A DNA stretch of 41,158 nt, taken from Octopus bimaculoides. Lineage: Eukaryota. A program made the position numbers and the translations under genes. The stretch lies in assembly GCF_001194135.2 (NCBI RefSeq), contig NC_068986.1:12547897-12589054 (forward strand), read 5' to 3'. The notes beneath the pieces are model-generated. The model was not told the DNA's origin. It saw nothing but the letters and a program-made list of their open reading frames with translations, and did no database searches. How positions within the stretch are numbered: the first letter of the stretch is position 1; each line of letters opens with the position of its first letter. Shown piece by piece: positions 24,953 through 34,739 of this stretch.

Positions 24953-25084
24953 CAGACGGTATACATATCACCATGACATACCTATTCGCAGACGACAGCC
25001 TCTTCTTGAAACAGACACCACAAAAGTGGCATTTGATTGCTTGATTCTCGTAACAGAGTCTTGCCTTTATAGTATGTAAAAACC

Positions 25085-25297
25085 TGTCTACTGCAGGCAC
25101 AAGGCCTCAGATTTGTGTGGAGGGAACTAGTCGATTGCATCGACCCCAGTGTTTCACTGGTACTTAGTTTATCGACCCCGAAAGAATGAAAGGCAAAATC
25201 GACCTCGGCAAAATTTGAACTCAGAACATAGCAACGGGTGAAATACCACTAAGCATTTTTCCTGGTGTGTTAACGATTCTTGTCAGCTCACCGCCTT
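25085..25297 (-). mobile_element. SINE family A, near full length
   Basis: ATCGACCCCGAAAGAATGAAAGGCAAAATCGACCTCGGC...TTCTTGTCAGCTCACCGCC. Confidence 0.85.
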
Positions 25298-26000
25298 GTT
25301 TATAGCGTTTAAATTTGTTTATAGGACGAGTTTCGGATTTATGGTCGAGAGGAAGAAATTGTAAGTAAAACTAGAAGATAATGGCAGGTCAAAGGAAGCA
25401 GGACAATATTTAATGAGCAATAATCAATAGAGGGTTTGTATATATATATATCTGTGGGTGTCAAAGAAAGAGAGAAACGGTGAGGGGTCTGATAGAGAGA
25501 GAGAGAGAGCAATAGGTGACTTCATGGACTTGAGAGATATAGCTAAGTAGAATGGCGGATATAAAAAGGGATACTATATATATATTATATGTGTGTGTGT
25601 GTATGTGTGTGTATATACATACATACATACATACATACATACATAGGAGCATATATACACAGCATATACATGTATATACAAGCACACATTTACCTACTTA
25701 TCTATAAACATACATGCACATACATGCATACGTACGTACATATATACACACACCTACAAACTCACATACATATACATACGCGCTTACATATATACATACA
25801 TATACATATGTGTACACATACATACATACATACATACATACATTCATACATACATACACACACACATACATACGTACATATATACGTACATATATACATA
25901 TATTACATACATATAGATGGCCACAACTATGACGTTACAACTACATTATCCAACCGAAATCGTTACTTAATCACAATTGTTTCACCGCTCACCATGAGCG

Positions 26001-26385
26001 GTGGAGGCGCAATGGCCCAATGGTTAGGGCAGTAGACTCGCGGTCGTAGGATCTCAGTTTCGATTCCCAGACTGGGCGTTGTGAGTGTTTATTGAGTGAA
26101 AACACCTCAAGCTCCACGCGGCTCCGGCAGGGGTTGGGATGGCAAACTCTGCTGTACACTTTCACCACACCTTTCTCTCTTTCTTCCTGTTCCTGTTGTA
26201 CCTGTATTTCAAAGGGGCCAGCCTTGTCACACTCTGTGTCACGCTAAATCTCCCCGAGAACTACGTTAAGGGTACACGTGTCTGTGGAGTGCTCAGCCAC
26301 TTGTACGGTAATTTCACGAGCAGGCGGTTCTGTTGATCGGATCAACTGGAACCCTCGTCGTCGTAACAGACGGAGTACCACAACC
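26001..26385 (+). mobile_element. SINE family C, full length, flanked by an 86-90 bp direct repeat
   Basis: tRNA-like head GGCGCAATGGCCCAATGGTTAGGGCAG...GTTTCGATTCCC, ending GTCGTAACAGACGGAGTACCACAAC. Flanks 25915-26000 and 26391-26480 are duplicates. Confidence 0.9.
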
Positions 26386-26789
26386 TAGACAGATGGTCAC
26401 AACTATGACGTCACAACTGCATTATCCAACCGAAATCGTTACTTAATCACAATTGTTTCACCGCTCAGCTACCAAGAGCGACTTTAACAATGACTCACTC
26501 CTACATCTATTAATAGACACGCGTCTAATGTATCGCATATTAACAGTAACATAAGCTATTTTTTGTTGAGTCGCCTAATATTATTTTTTAATGACGTCTT
26601 CCAAAATATTTCCTATTACGAGATGTTATTCTTTGCTTAAATGCTTTGTCAATGTACAACATTATTGTCATGCACGAGAAAAAATATATAATCCGAATAG
26701 TAATGTGAGGTTATGTGTGTGTGCGTATGTTTGAATGAGAGTGCGTTGATGTGAGCGCATGGTTGTGTGTGTTTATGTGCACATATAGA

Positions 26790-26925
26790 GGCGCAGGCGT
26801 GGTTGTGTGGTAAAAAGGTTGCTTCTCAAACAAATGGTTTTGAGTTCGGTCTCACTGCGTGGCACCTTCAGCAAGTGTTTTCTGCTTTAGCCTTAAGCCG
26901 ACCAAAGTTTGTGAGTGAATTGGGT
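26790..26925 (+). mobile_element. SINE family B, 5' part
   Basis: GCGCAGGCGTGGTTGTGTGGTAA...CACTGCGTGGCACCTT...GTGAGTGAATTGGGTAGAC. Confidence 0.75.
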
Positions 26926-27004
26926 AGACATATATATATACATATATACCTATATATATATACATATATACATACATATATATATATATATACATACATA
27001 CATG

Positions 27005-27044
<40 letters not shown>

Positions 27045-27492
27045 NNNNNNNNNNNNNNNNNNNNNNNNNNNNNNNNNNNNNNNNNNNNNNNNNNNNNNNN
27101 NNNNNNNNNNNNNNNNNNNNNNNNNNNNNNNNNNNNNNNNNNNNNNNNNNNNNNNNNNNNNNNNNNNNNNNNNNNNNNNNNNNNNNNNNNNNNNNNNNNN
27201 NNNNNNNNNNNNNNNNNNNNNNNNNNNNNNNNNNNNNNNNNNNNNNNNNNNNNNNNNNNNNNNNNNNNNNNNNNNNNNNNNNNNNNNNNNNNNNNNNNNN
27301 NNNNNNNNNNNNNNNNNNNNNNNNNNNNNNNNNNNNNNNNNNNNNNNNNNNNNNNNNNNNNNNNNNNNNNNNNNNNNNNNNNNNNNNNNNNNNNNNNNNN
27401 NNNNNNNNNNNNNNNNNNNNNNNNNNNNNNNNNNNNNNNNNNNNNNNNNNNNNNNNNNNNNNNNNNNNNNNNNNNNNNNNNNNNNNNNNNNN

Positions 27493-27689
27493 TATATATT
27501 ACGGAGATGTACTTGCATAGCAAGTGACCTGATCTGAGATCGTGTGCTGGAACGAAAACAATTGCAGCGTGGAAGGTGTTTATGAGCCATTTAAAATAAC
27601 ACACAAAATCCGTTAGATTCACTTCAACATTTAAATTTAATTTGTCAAAATATTTTCGTCGCTTTGAGACCGCGACCTGTTCACTGACA
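27493..27689 (-). mobile_element. Longer copy of the same hammerhead-bearing (probable PLE) repeat
   Basis: Matches 7889-8014 in opposite orientation and continues about 75 bp further, to a (TA)n tract and gap. Confidence 0.55.
27641..27689 (-). ncRNA. Second copy of the variant-core minimal hammerhead ribozyme
   Basis: Reverse complement reads TGTCA-GTGAACA-G-GTCGC-GGTCTCAAA-GCGAC-GAAA-ATAT-T-T-TGACA(AA). Core and stem II are identical to the 7887 copy. Stem I is shortened to 5 bp at the junction with the adjacent foldback element. Confidence 0.6.
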
Positions 27690-27690
27690 T

Positions 27691-28163
27691 GAGCAGAATT
27701 TAGGTCAGTTGAAATATGTTTGTCACATATTTCAACTGCTAAGAGGCAAATACACAGCAGTTACCGTTAAGAAAAAGCTCTCATATGATAAAAAGGTGTG
27801 AAAACACCCAGCTCGTTCGGTGTCGCCATCTGTTAGGAATCCCAGACATCGATGTTTCAAGTTTTTTTTGTTAATGCTTCGTTATTTACCTTGATCGGGC
27901 GATCTTCTAGCGGAAATCAGTCAACGTGTTGACTGAATTATATGTATAGCTACAGCTTTATTAAGTGGGTTCATAGTTGTCTCCCTTGGGTACATCTCAT
28001 TGACAAGTGTCAAAAAACTCGAAACATCGATGTCTGAGATTCCTGACAGATGGCAACTCTCAACGAACTGGGCGTTTTCACACCTTTTTACCATACGAGA
28101 GATTTTTCTCCACGGTAACTGCAGTGTATTTGACAAACATTTTAACTAATCTAAATTCAGCTC
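27691..28163. mobile_element. Foldback non-autonomous DNA transposon, Sola2-like
   Basis: Imperfect inverted arms of about 170-185 bp (27691-27876 vs 27998-28163), termini GAGC...GCTC, and a 4-bp direct repeat ACAT on both sides (27687-90, 28164-67). GRG...CYC ends with a 4-bp TSD and long TIRs are Sola2 hallmarks. Confidence 0.6.
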
Positions 28164-28211
28164 ACATCTAAACACTGCTTGTCGCTAATGTTTCAATACA
28201 CACACACACAC

Positions 28212-28266
<55 letters not shown>

Positions 28267-28334
28267 CACGTATGTAGTAAATATACATACTCGGTAAATT
28301 TAAGTATTTTTCCGAAGATTGGAAAAAATGTTGC

Positions 28335-28720
28335 TTAGCCTTCATCGATTTTCGAAACTTATTGAGTGCTCATCAGCGGTGCCTGCATTATTTGGCCAAC
28401 CCCAGAGAAATAAGCTACCAATCTATTAAGACACACAACAAATCCGGTATCTTCAGATATCTGGGGCTACAAATTTGCATAGCAAAACACTTTATTTGAT
28501 ATCAGCAGACTTTCAACGAAGATCTCAACCTTCAAAGTATGATGCTGTTCATAAAACACTTCTTCCGGCGTTGCTCTGCGATGATTTTGCCGTCTGATGT
28601 GTTGCCCACCGTGCAACTGTACCGGCAATATCGATTTGATGGACGAAATTTGCTAATATAGAGCTCAAACACGTGATCTCTATCAACTAATCGTCTGTAC
28701 AGGTTTTGTTTTTTTAATAT
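28335..28720 (-). mobile_element. Decayed Penelope-like element 3' end: GIY-YIG-like C-terminal remnant followed by a decayed CTGATGA...CGAAA core
   Basis: Minus-strand frame KSILPVQLHGGQHIRRQN...KVEIFVESLLISNKVFCYAN loosely resembles the PLE endonuclease end (SAxxxHxxxxxHxI...RxxxESxxI...N). It is followed by CTGATGAG-14nt-CGAAA-ATCGAT at about 28343-28376. Confidence 0.35.
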
Positions 28721-28819
28721 TCGTATACCTGTATACATGTATCCTTAATTTAAGACATTTAAATAATATTTGTGTGAGTGTGAATGTATGTTTGTAACAT
28801 TATGTAACCAACAGTCCAA

Positions 28820-29017
28820 ACGACTGACTAACGACTGACTAACGTCTGTCTACCGACTGTCTACCGACTGTCTACCGACTGTCTACCGACTGTCTGCCGA
28901 CTGACTAACGTCTGTCTACCGACTGACTAACGTCTGTCTACCGACTGTCTACCGACTGTCTACCGACTGTCTACCGACTGTCTACCGACTGTCTACCGAC
29001 TGACTAACGACTGACTA
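28820..29017. repeat. 11-bp minisatellite (ACGACTGACTA/CCGACTGTCTA)x18
   Basis: Units read directly; three main variants interleave. Confidence 0.95.
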
Positions 29018-29187
29018 ACTCACGTTACCCTATTATTCCTCTCTACCCCTACCCCATCTATCACACTAATCACTTCTCTCTTTAAACAACTGACACTTTA
29101 CACCGCCTCTCACACCATTCATCTGTCTCTCCACTCCTCTCTCTTATAGCTGATTCTTTTACATCCGTTTCTCATCTACACTTACCT

Positions 29188-29528
29188 CAGTGGTTCCCAA
29201 ACTTTTTTCGGCTGCCGCTCCCTTGACACCCGGACCACATTCTTAACGCCCCCCACCACAACTAACACTCGCAAACATAGACTCTTTCTTGAAGCAAATT
29301 CAAAGCAACTATATTTCACAAATAAAACTTAACCCATTATTTTGTTGTTTTCACATGAATCGATACCCCATTGTCGCCCCACTTTTTACATGTATCACCA
29401 CCCGATTATCACCCCAATGTTTACATGAATCGCCACCTCATTATCGTCCCACTTTTTTTCAACGTCCCCTTGGAACTTTCCACCACTCCCAGGGGGGGGG
29501 GGTAATACCGCCCACTTTGGGATCTTTT
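29188..29528. mobile_element. hAT (Charlie-like) MITE, degenerate right end
   Basis: Starts CAGTGGTTCCCAAACTTTTT; ends ...CGCCCACTTTGGGA (partial inverted match). No clear TSD. Confidence 0.6.
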
Positions 29529-31039
29529 AACCTTGTGTTTCTCAACCATATTTTACCTATGGACTCCTTTGATTCCTATTTTACTCGGATGGACCCTCCT
29601 ACACGTTCGATGTTTTAAAAAAATCTTATATTTTTATCAAATATTATTTGTAATTGTTTATAAAAATTGTTAAAATATGTTGTGCATTGTAGACGTGTAA
29701 CCAATTTATAGCAGATAAATTTTAACAACAAAATTTGACATGGACCCCGGTAGAGATTAAAATCTAACTTATCCACTTGTTGTTCACTTCCACCGACCAA
29801 TAAGGTTCTTTACTTATATGTCAAATCAGCGTCGTCCGAAATTTCAGACGTTTTAGTCCTCATGACAAACTAACCAAACTAACCAATCACCATGCTTCTC
29901 TTGACTACTTGACTTCGTCTTTTTCACCAATATCTCTGTTATTTTTCGTCTCGTGGTAAATTCAATTCTAAAATGTAGAGTGTCAAATTACTATGTGTAT
30001 CTGTGACAGCCATTATATACGCTAAAAATAAGACTTCCATTATTGTATTGCTGTTAGGATCTAAGAGAACAGGACCTATAATTATATCTGGGATCAATAT
30101 ATCAGATGTTAACATGTCTCGTAAAGATAAATGGATTAATTGATTAGGCTTTAAGACATAATCTAAAACCTCATATCTAACCAATTGAAGTTATTTTTTA
30201 CGTGTTATTCAATATTTTTCTTGTAAGATATCGATTCCCATGTTTTCTTTGGTTTAAAATGGTCTTACTGACATCAGAAGGCAGTTAATTTACAGCTACA
30301 TTTCCAGACATGTAGACATAGCAGTCAAACTCCCTCACGGAACAACTTGGCGTTTCAAAAATGAACAGAAGGACACCTCGGATAATGTAGTTCTGTACAG
30401 ACCATATGGTGTACATGTTCCCTCATACACACATACACATATATACTGATACAATCGTGTCAGCCAGACAGGCGGGTGTGTGGACAAACATACAAGATGT
30501 ACATGGATAGAGGCATATATGGTTATGTAAATATCTAAAAGAAATACTAATATATATTCAGGATTTATACGAAGAAAAACTGATATAGTCAAAGAGCTAC
30601 ACGCAAAAAGATGGCCTGCTGACATCTGCTGTGCTTTTGTTAATTGCTTTAGTTGCCTATATAGTCGAAAGTAGACATAGACACTTTCTTGACCCAGCAG
30701 CATATTTTGAGTCCTCATATAAAGAAAAGAACATGAGGCAATACGAATATGACCAACATCAATCAACTGAAGGTTTTATGGGGTATCTAAAAATTGCACT
30801 TCGTTAGAAACAAAGAAACTGGCACCCAACGAAAACGGTGACAGTCTAATAACTAGATCGAGCATTCCTTCCACATCTGGCAAACAGAAAAAAATATCAT
30901 AATGGGACACTAGAAGAATCTGTTTGTATTCTACTACATACATATTTTATTGCCATTCCCTTTCCAAGAAATTAAACTATGGTAAAATTCTTGGATGAAA
31001 TTTGAAGAGAAAATAAGCTGGTGCAAACATGGTGTTGGC

Positions 31040-33260
31040 TAATAAAAGACCAGAGTAGATGGTTTAAAGTGATGCATTGTGAATATCTCCACCCCTCCCT
31101 CGAAAATCAGAAACCGTAATATAACACTTGAAAAGAAAGAATACATGATGAAGACACAAAACAAGCAGGAAAAATTTTTCAAAAATCGCGAAGATAATCT
31201 AACCCGTAGAATACAATGTAAATAACAATACACAGCGAAACGAAATCCTTGAACACCTACAGAATACTGACCGAAACTAAGAAATAAAAAAAACGCAATC
31301 GGGACAATGAAAATAAAAATATTATGAATAGGAAACTCTAAGAATGAAAATCGAAATATGGCAAAATAAAGAATTAGAAACAAAAGACTTTCTGACGAAG
31401 CAACAGAGATATTTCCCAAGGATAAATCTATAAACAGTAAAAAAGAAAACAAAAAATACCCACGCAAATTTAATAATCGAAGAATAAAAGAAAACAGATA
31501 CGAACATCAATATCACCAGACTCATGGAAATTATATACGCAGCGTACTTTCTCATGATATCAGAATTCAAGTAAACTACATAGACAACAAACCTACAAAA
31601 CCTCACCCTCCAGAAAATAAAGACAATGTTTCAATCCTTAATGAAATCAATAATGAAATGATACAACTGCTAAACATGGAGAGGCAAATACCAGAGAAAT
31701 ACAGCATAACAAAAGAGAAATAAGTAACTGAAATGAAAGAACGTATGGAACCTGAGAACTTCGCAATATCGTAAAGAAATCGTCGGTGTGACAAGCGATA
31801 ACGATTCTCTGAAAAATACCAACTGTTCAACTCTAACCCGAAAGCATTTTATCAATAATAAAGCAGAAAAATTAGAAAGAAACGAAATGATGCGGATGAG
31901 GAGAATGGACAACAAAGAAATCGCAGCCACAACGAACACAGCACATGAACAGTCGTGGTCATCATCAACAAAAGAAGAGGCGGCAGCCCAGTTGCTATAA
32001 GAACTGGAATCGCAAATAGTGTGGTTCAAATTTTTAACAAGAACACATAAGGCCTAGAAGTTGAAATGGTTAATAAGATAGCGAGGGAGCCAGAAACAAC
32101 ATCCAGAAACAAGATCAAGATCCAGAAACAACATCAAGGCGGCGAGCAGGCAGAATCGTTAGCACGCCGGGCGAAATGCTTAGCGGTACTTCGTCTGCCA
32201 GCTACGTTCTGAGTTCAAATTCCGCCGAGGTCGACTTTGCCTTTCATCCTTTCGGGGTCGATAAATTAAGTACCAGTTACGCACTGGGGTCGATATAATC
32301 GACTTAATCCGTTTGTCTATCCTTGTTTGTCCCCTCTGTGTGTAGCCCCTTGTGGGCAGTAAAGAAATAGGTATTTCGTCTGCCAGCTACGTTCTGAGTT
32401 CAAATTCCGCCGAGGTCGATTTTGCCTTTCATCCTTTCGGGATCGATAAATTGAGTACCAGTTACGCACTGAGGTCAATCTAATCCATTTAATCCCTTTG
32501 TCTGTCCTTGTTTGTCCCCTCTCTGTTTAGCCCCCTGTGGGCAATAAAGAAATAAGAAACAACATCCGAGTGGTTCACCGAAAAAAAAAAAAAAAACTAT
32601 TTGAAACGACAGCACTAAAGAAACTACTCTAACAAACCCAAAGCCTTAACCTTTATCATTTTCTATAGTTTGGGAAGTCTTAACTGAAATTACATCACAA
32701 AAGATGACTAAACTGTTGAGAAAAGAAACAACCTTCTTTTAGATAATCAGAACGATTAACATAAGATTAATCAAAGATTGTATGAGAAGAAAACATGGTC
32801 TATTGACAGCGATCTCTATACGTGGATCCTGGAAACATTATCTATGAATAAGTTGGCACCAATAATAAGGAGATATATTTGTCACGTGCTGAGGAGATGC
32901 TAAATCATTATCTCAGATATCAACGAGTAAGATATATCAGAAAAGTGTAGGTTGTGAGATGAAGGAGACGAGTAAATCTTCTACATAACATCAGAGTGGT
33001 CAAAAATAAGACAAACTCAAAATAAGCTCGGACATGATAATATGGCCAGGATCATCCATGTAGAACTGAATCCGGAAAGTGGTCTTATTGGTGAGGTCAA
33101 ATGGTATAACCACTATAATTCTCTAGATAATTCTCTAGATCTAGATAGGGAAATATAAAAAATAATCATATTTCATTTAGCAGAGGAATATTCCAGCTTT
33201 TCATCGGCGGCGTTAATACATTGAGCCAGCAGCTTAAACAAAACTGGATTCAAATATAAA
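31040..33260 (+). mobile_element. Degraded R4/Dong-clade non-LTR retrotransposon (RT and CCHC remnants), interrupted by a SINE
   Basis: Motifs: YQLFNSNPKAFY (31817-52), WEVLTEITSQKM (32671), WILETLSMNKLAPIIRRYI (32823-79), the single-frame knuckle EKCRL*DEGDE*IFYITSEW...GHDNMARIIHVEL...KWYNH (32940-33113), and RGIFQ...LNKTGFKYK (33182-33260). Many stops and frameshifts. The 5' boundary is uncertain. Confidence 0.8.
32138..32554 (+). mobile_element. SINE family A, young-looking copy with an internally duplicated body and an alternative 3' tail
   Basis: GGCGGCGAGCAGGCAGAATCGTTAGC head, B-box-like GAGTTCAAATTCC, body repeated from about 32371. The 12-bp direct repeat AGAAACAACATC occurs at 32124-35 and 32555-66. 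Confidence 0.9.
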
Positions 33261-33667
33261 TGCTGCGAGAGAATACTGGTGTTTGGAATTTTTTGCGGGA
33301 GGTGGGGGGAATAATTAAAAAAAATAATTTTTGGTAATTTCTGCTTCGTCCCAAAAGAGAATATTTTTGGAATTTGCATTTTTAAATGTTTAATTAAAGA
33401 AATGTTTAGGTAATTTCTGAATTGCCTCAAAAGTGCTTCTTCGGGGCTTTCCTAACAGTTCATAAAATCTATTAAAATCTAACCCTTTCACACTATTTCA
33501 GTTTTTCATTGTTTTCGCTTTCATTCCTCAGTCGTTACTTTCTTTTACTTGTTCTCCTGTCTTCTTCATAAATGCTTTGACTTCAATCAACTTCTCTTAA
33601 CTTAGCTTAGTTTTATTCTGATTCTATACGTCACTCTCCCCTTTCACTTTTACAACCTCTCTTACTC

Positions 33668-33868
33668 TAGACACAAGGCACGAAATTTTGGGGGAGGGAG
33701 CCAGTCGATTAGATCGACCCCAGTACGCAACTGGTACTTAATTTAACGATCTCGAAAGGATGAAAGGTAAAAATCGACTTCGGCGGAATTGGAATTCAGA
33801 ACGTAAAACAGACGAAATACCGCTAAGCATTTCGCTTGGCGTGCTAACGATTCTGACAGCTCGCCGCT
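33668..33868 (-). mobile_element. SINE family A, full length
   Basis: Reverse complement of the 32138 head and body, with the CCCCTCCCCAAAATTTC tail. Confidence 0.85.
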
Positions 33869-33997
33869 TGTCCCCTTACAAATATTAAAGTGTCGATTAA
33901 AGTACGTAGAATTTACCACACACGAAGGAGAGAAAAACCATAGAAGAAATGTAATAAACAGATTAGATTTATATTAAATATAAAAAGATAATAGATA

Positions 33998-34160
33998 CAG
34001 GCGCAGGAGTGGTAAATAGCTTGCTTGACAACCACATGATTCTGAGTTCAGTCCCTCCGCGTGGCACATTGGGCAAGTGTCTTCTACTATAGCCTCGGGC
34101 CGACCAAAGCATGGTGAGTGGATTTGGTAGACGGAAACCGAAAGAAGCCCGTCATGTATG

Positions 34161-34197
<37 letters not shown>

Positions 34198-34395
34198 TTT
34201 GTGTCTGTGATTGTACCCTCACCATCCCTTGGCAACCGATGTTGGTGTGTTTACGTCCTCGTAAATTAGTCGTTCTGCAAAAAGAGACCGATAAAATAAG
34301 TACTAGGCTTACAAAGAATAAGTCCTGGGGTTGATTTGTTCGACTAAAGGCGGTGCTCCAGCATGGCCACAGTCAAGTGACTGAAAGAAACAAAA
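33998..34395 (+). mobile_element. SINE family B, full length
   Basis: GGCGCAGGAGTGG head, GAGTTCAGTCCC box, CORE-like TTGGGCAAGTGTCTTCT, internal (TA)/(TG)n, and the GACTGAAAGAAACAAAAG tail. Confidence 0.9.
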
Positions 34396-34489
34396 GAAAA
34401 AAGGAAAAAAGAAACGAATATCCATTTTTGTCATAATAAGTAATTATTAATATTTTGAAACTAATTGAATGCACTTAGTTTGTATAGAC

Positions 34490-34739
34490 CAGCGGCTCTC
34501 ATCCAGGGTCCGAATGACCCTTGGAGGTCCATATAAAATGTCTTTGTTAAGATTTATTTGTGATAAACTGACAATAAAGAATTCACAAAATATTTAAACA
34601 ATTTCTTTTATACAATTCCGAATGTTTAATCATCAAAATATATTACTTTTTAGACATTCAATGACTATGAGAGTTCGTCTCACCTGAGTTATACGGGAAT
34701 CAAAGGGAGCTGTAGGTAGAAAATGGTGGAGAACCAGTA
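34490..34739. mobile_element. hAT (Charlie-like) MITE with an 8-bp TSD
   Basis: TIRs CAGCGGCTCTC and GAGAACCAGTA. Flanks GTATAGAC (34482-89) and GTTTAGAC (34740-47) resemble the NTCTAGAN target. Confidence 0.8.

Noticed and set aside
26001-26075. tRNA-like sequence with A and B boxes
   Set aside because: It continues directly into a SINE body and has no acceptor stem partner, so it is a SINE head rather than a tRNA gene.
27747-28132. Apparent excess of G.U-compatible mismatches on the minus strand of the foldback
   Set aside because: Including the outer arms the bias falls to roughly 9 vs 4, and several changes are CpG decay, so it is not evidence for RNA-level selection.
28820-29017. CRISPR-like regular repeats (also 19837-20004 and 1807-2501)
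   Set aside because: Contiguous tandem units with no unique spacers, no cas genes, and a eukaryotic context.
30589-30807. 72-codon open frame with a signal-peptide-like stretch (LLTSAVLLLIALVAYIVES)
   Set aside because: There is no upstream in-frame ATG or convincing splice acceptor, I recognise no homology, and it lies just upstream of the R4 relic.
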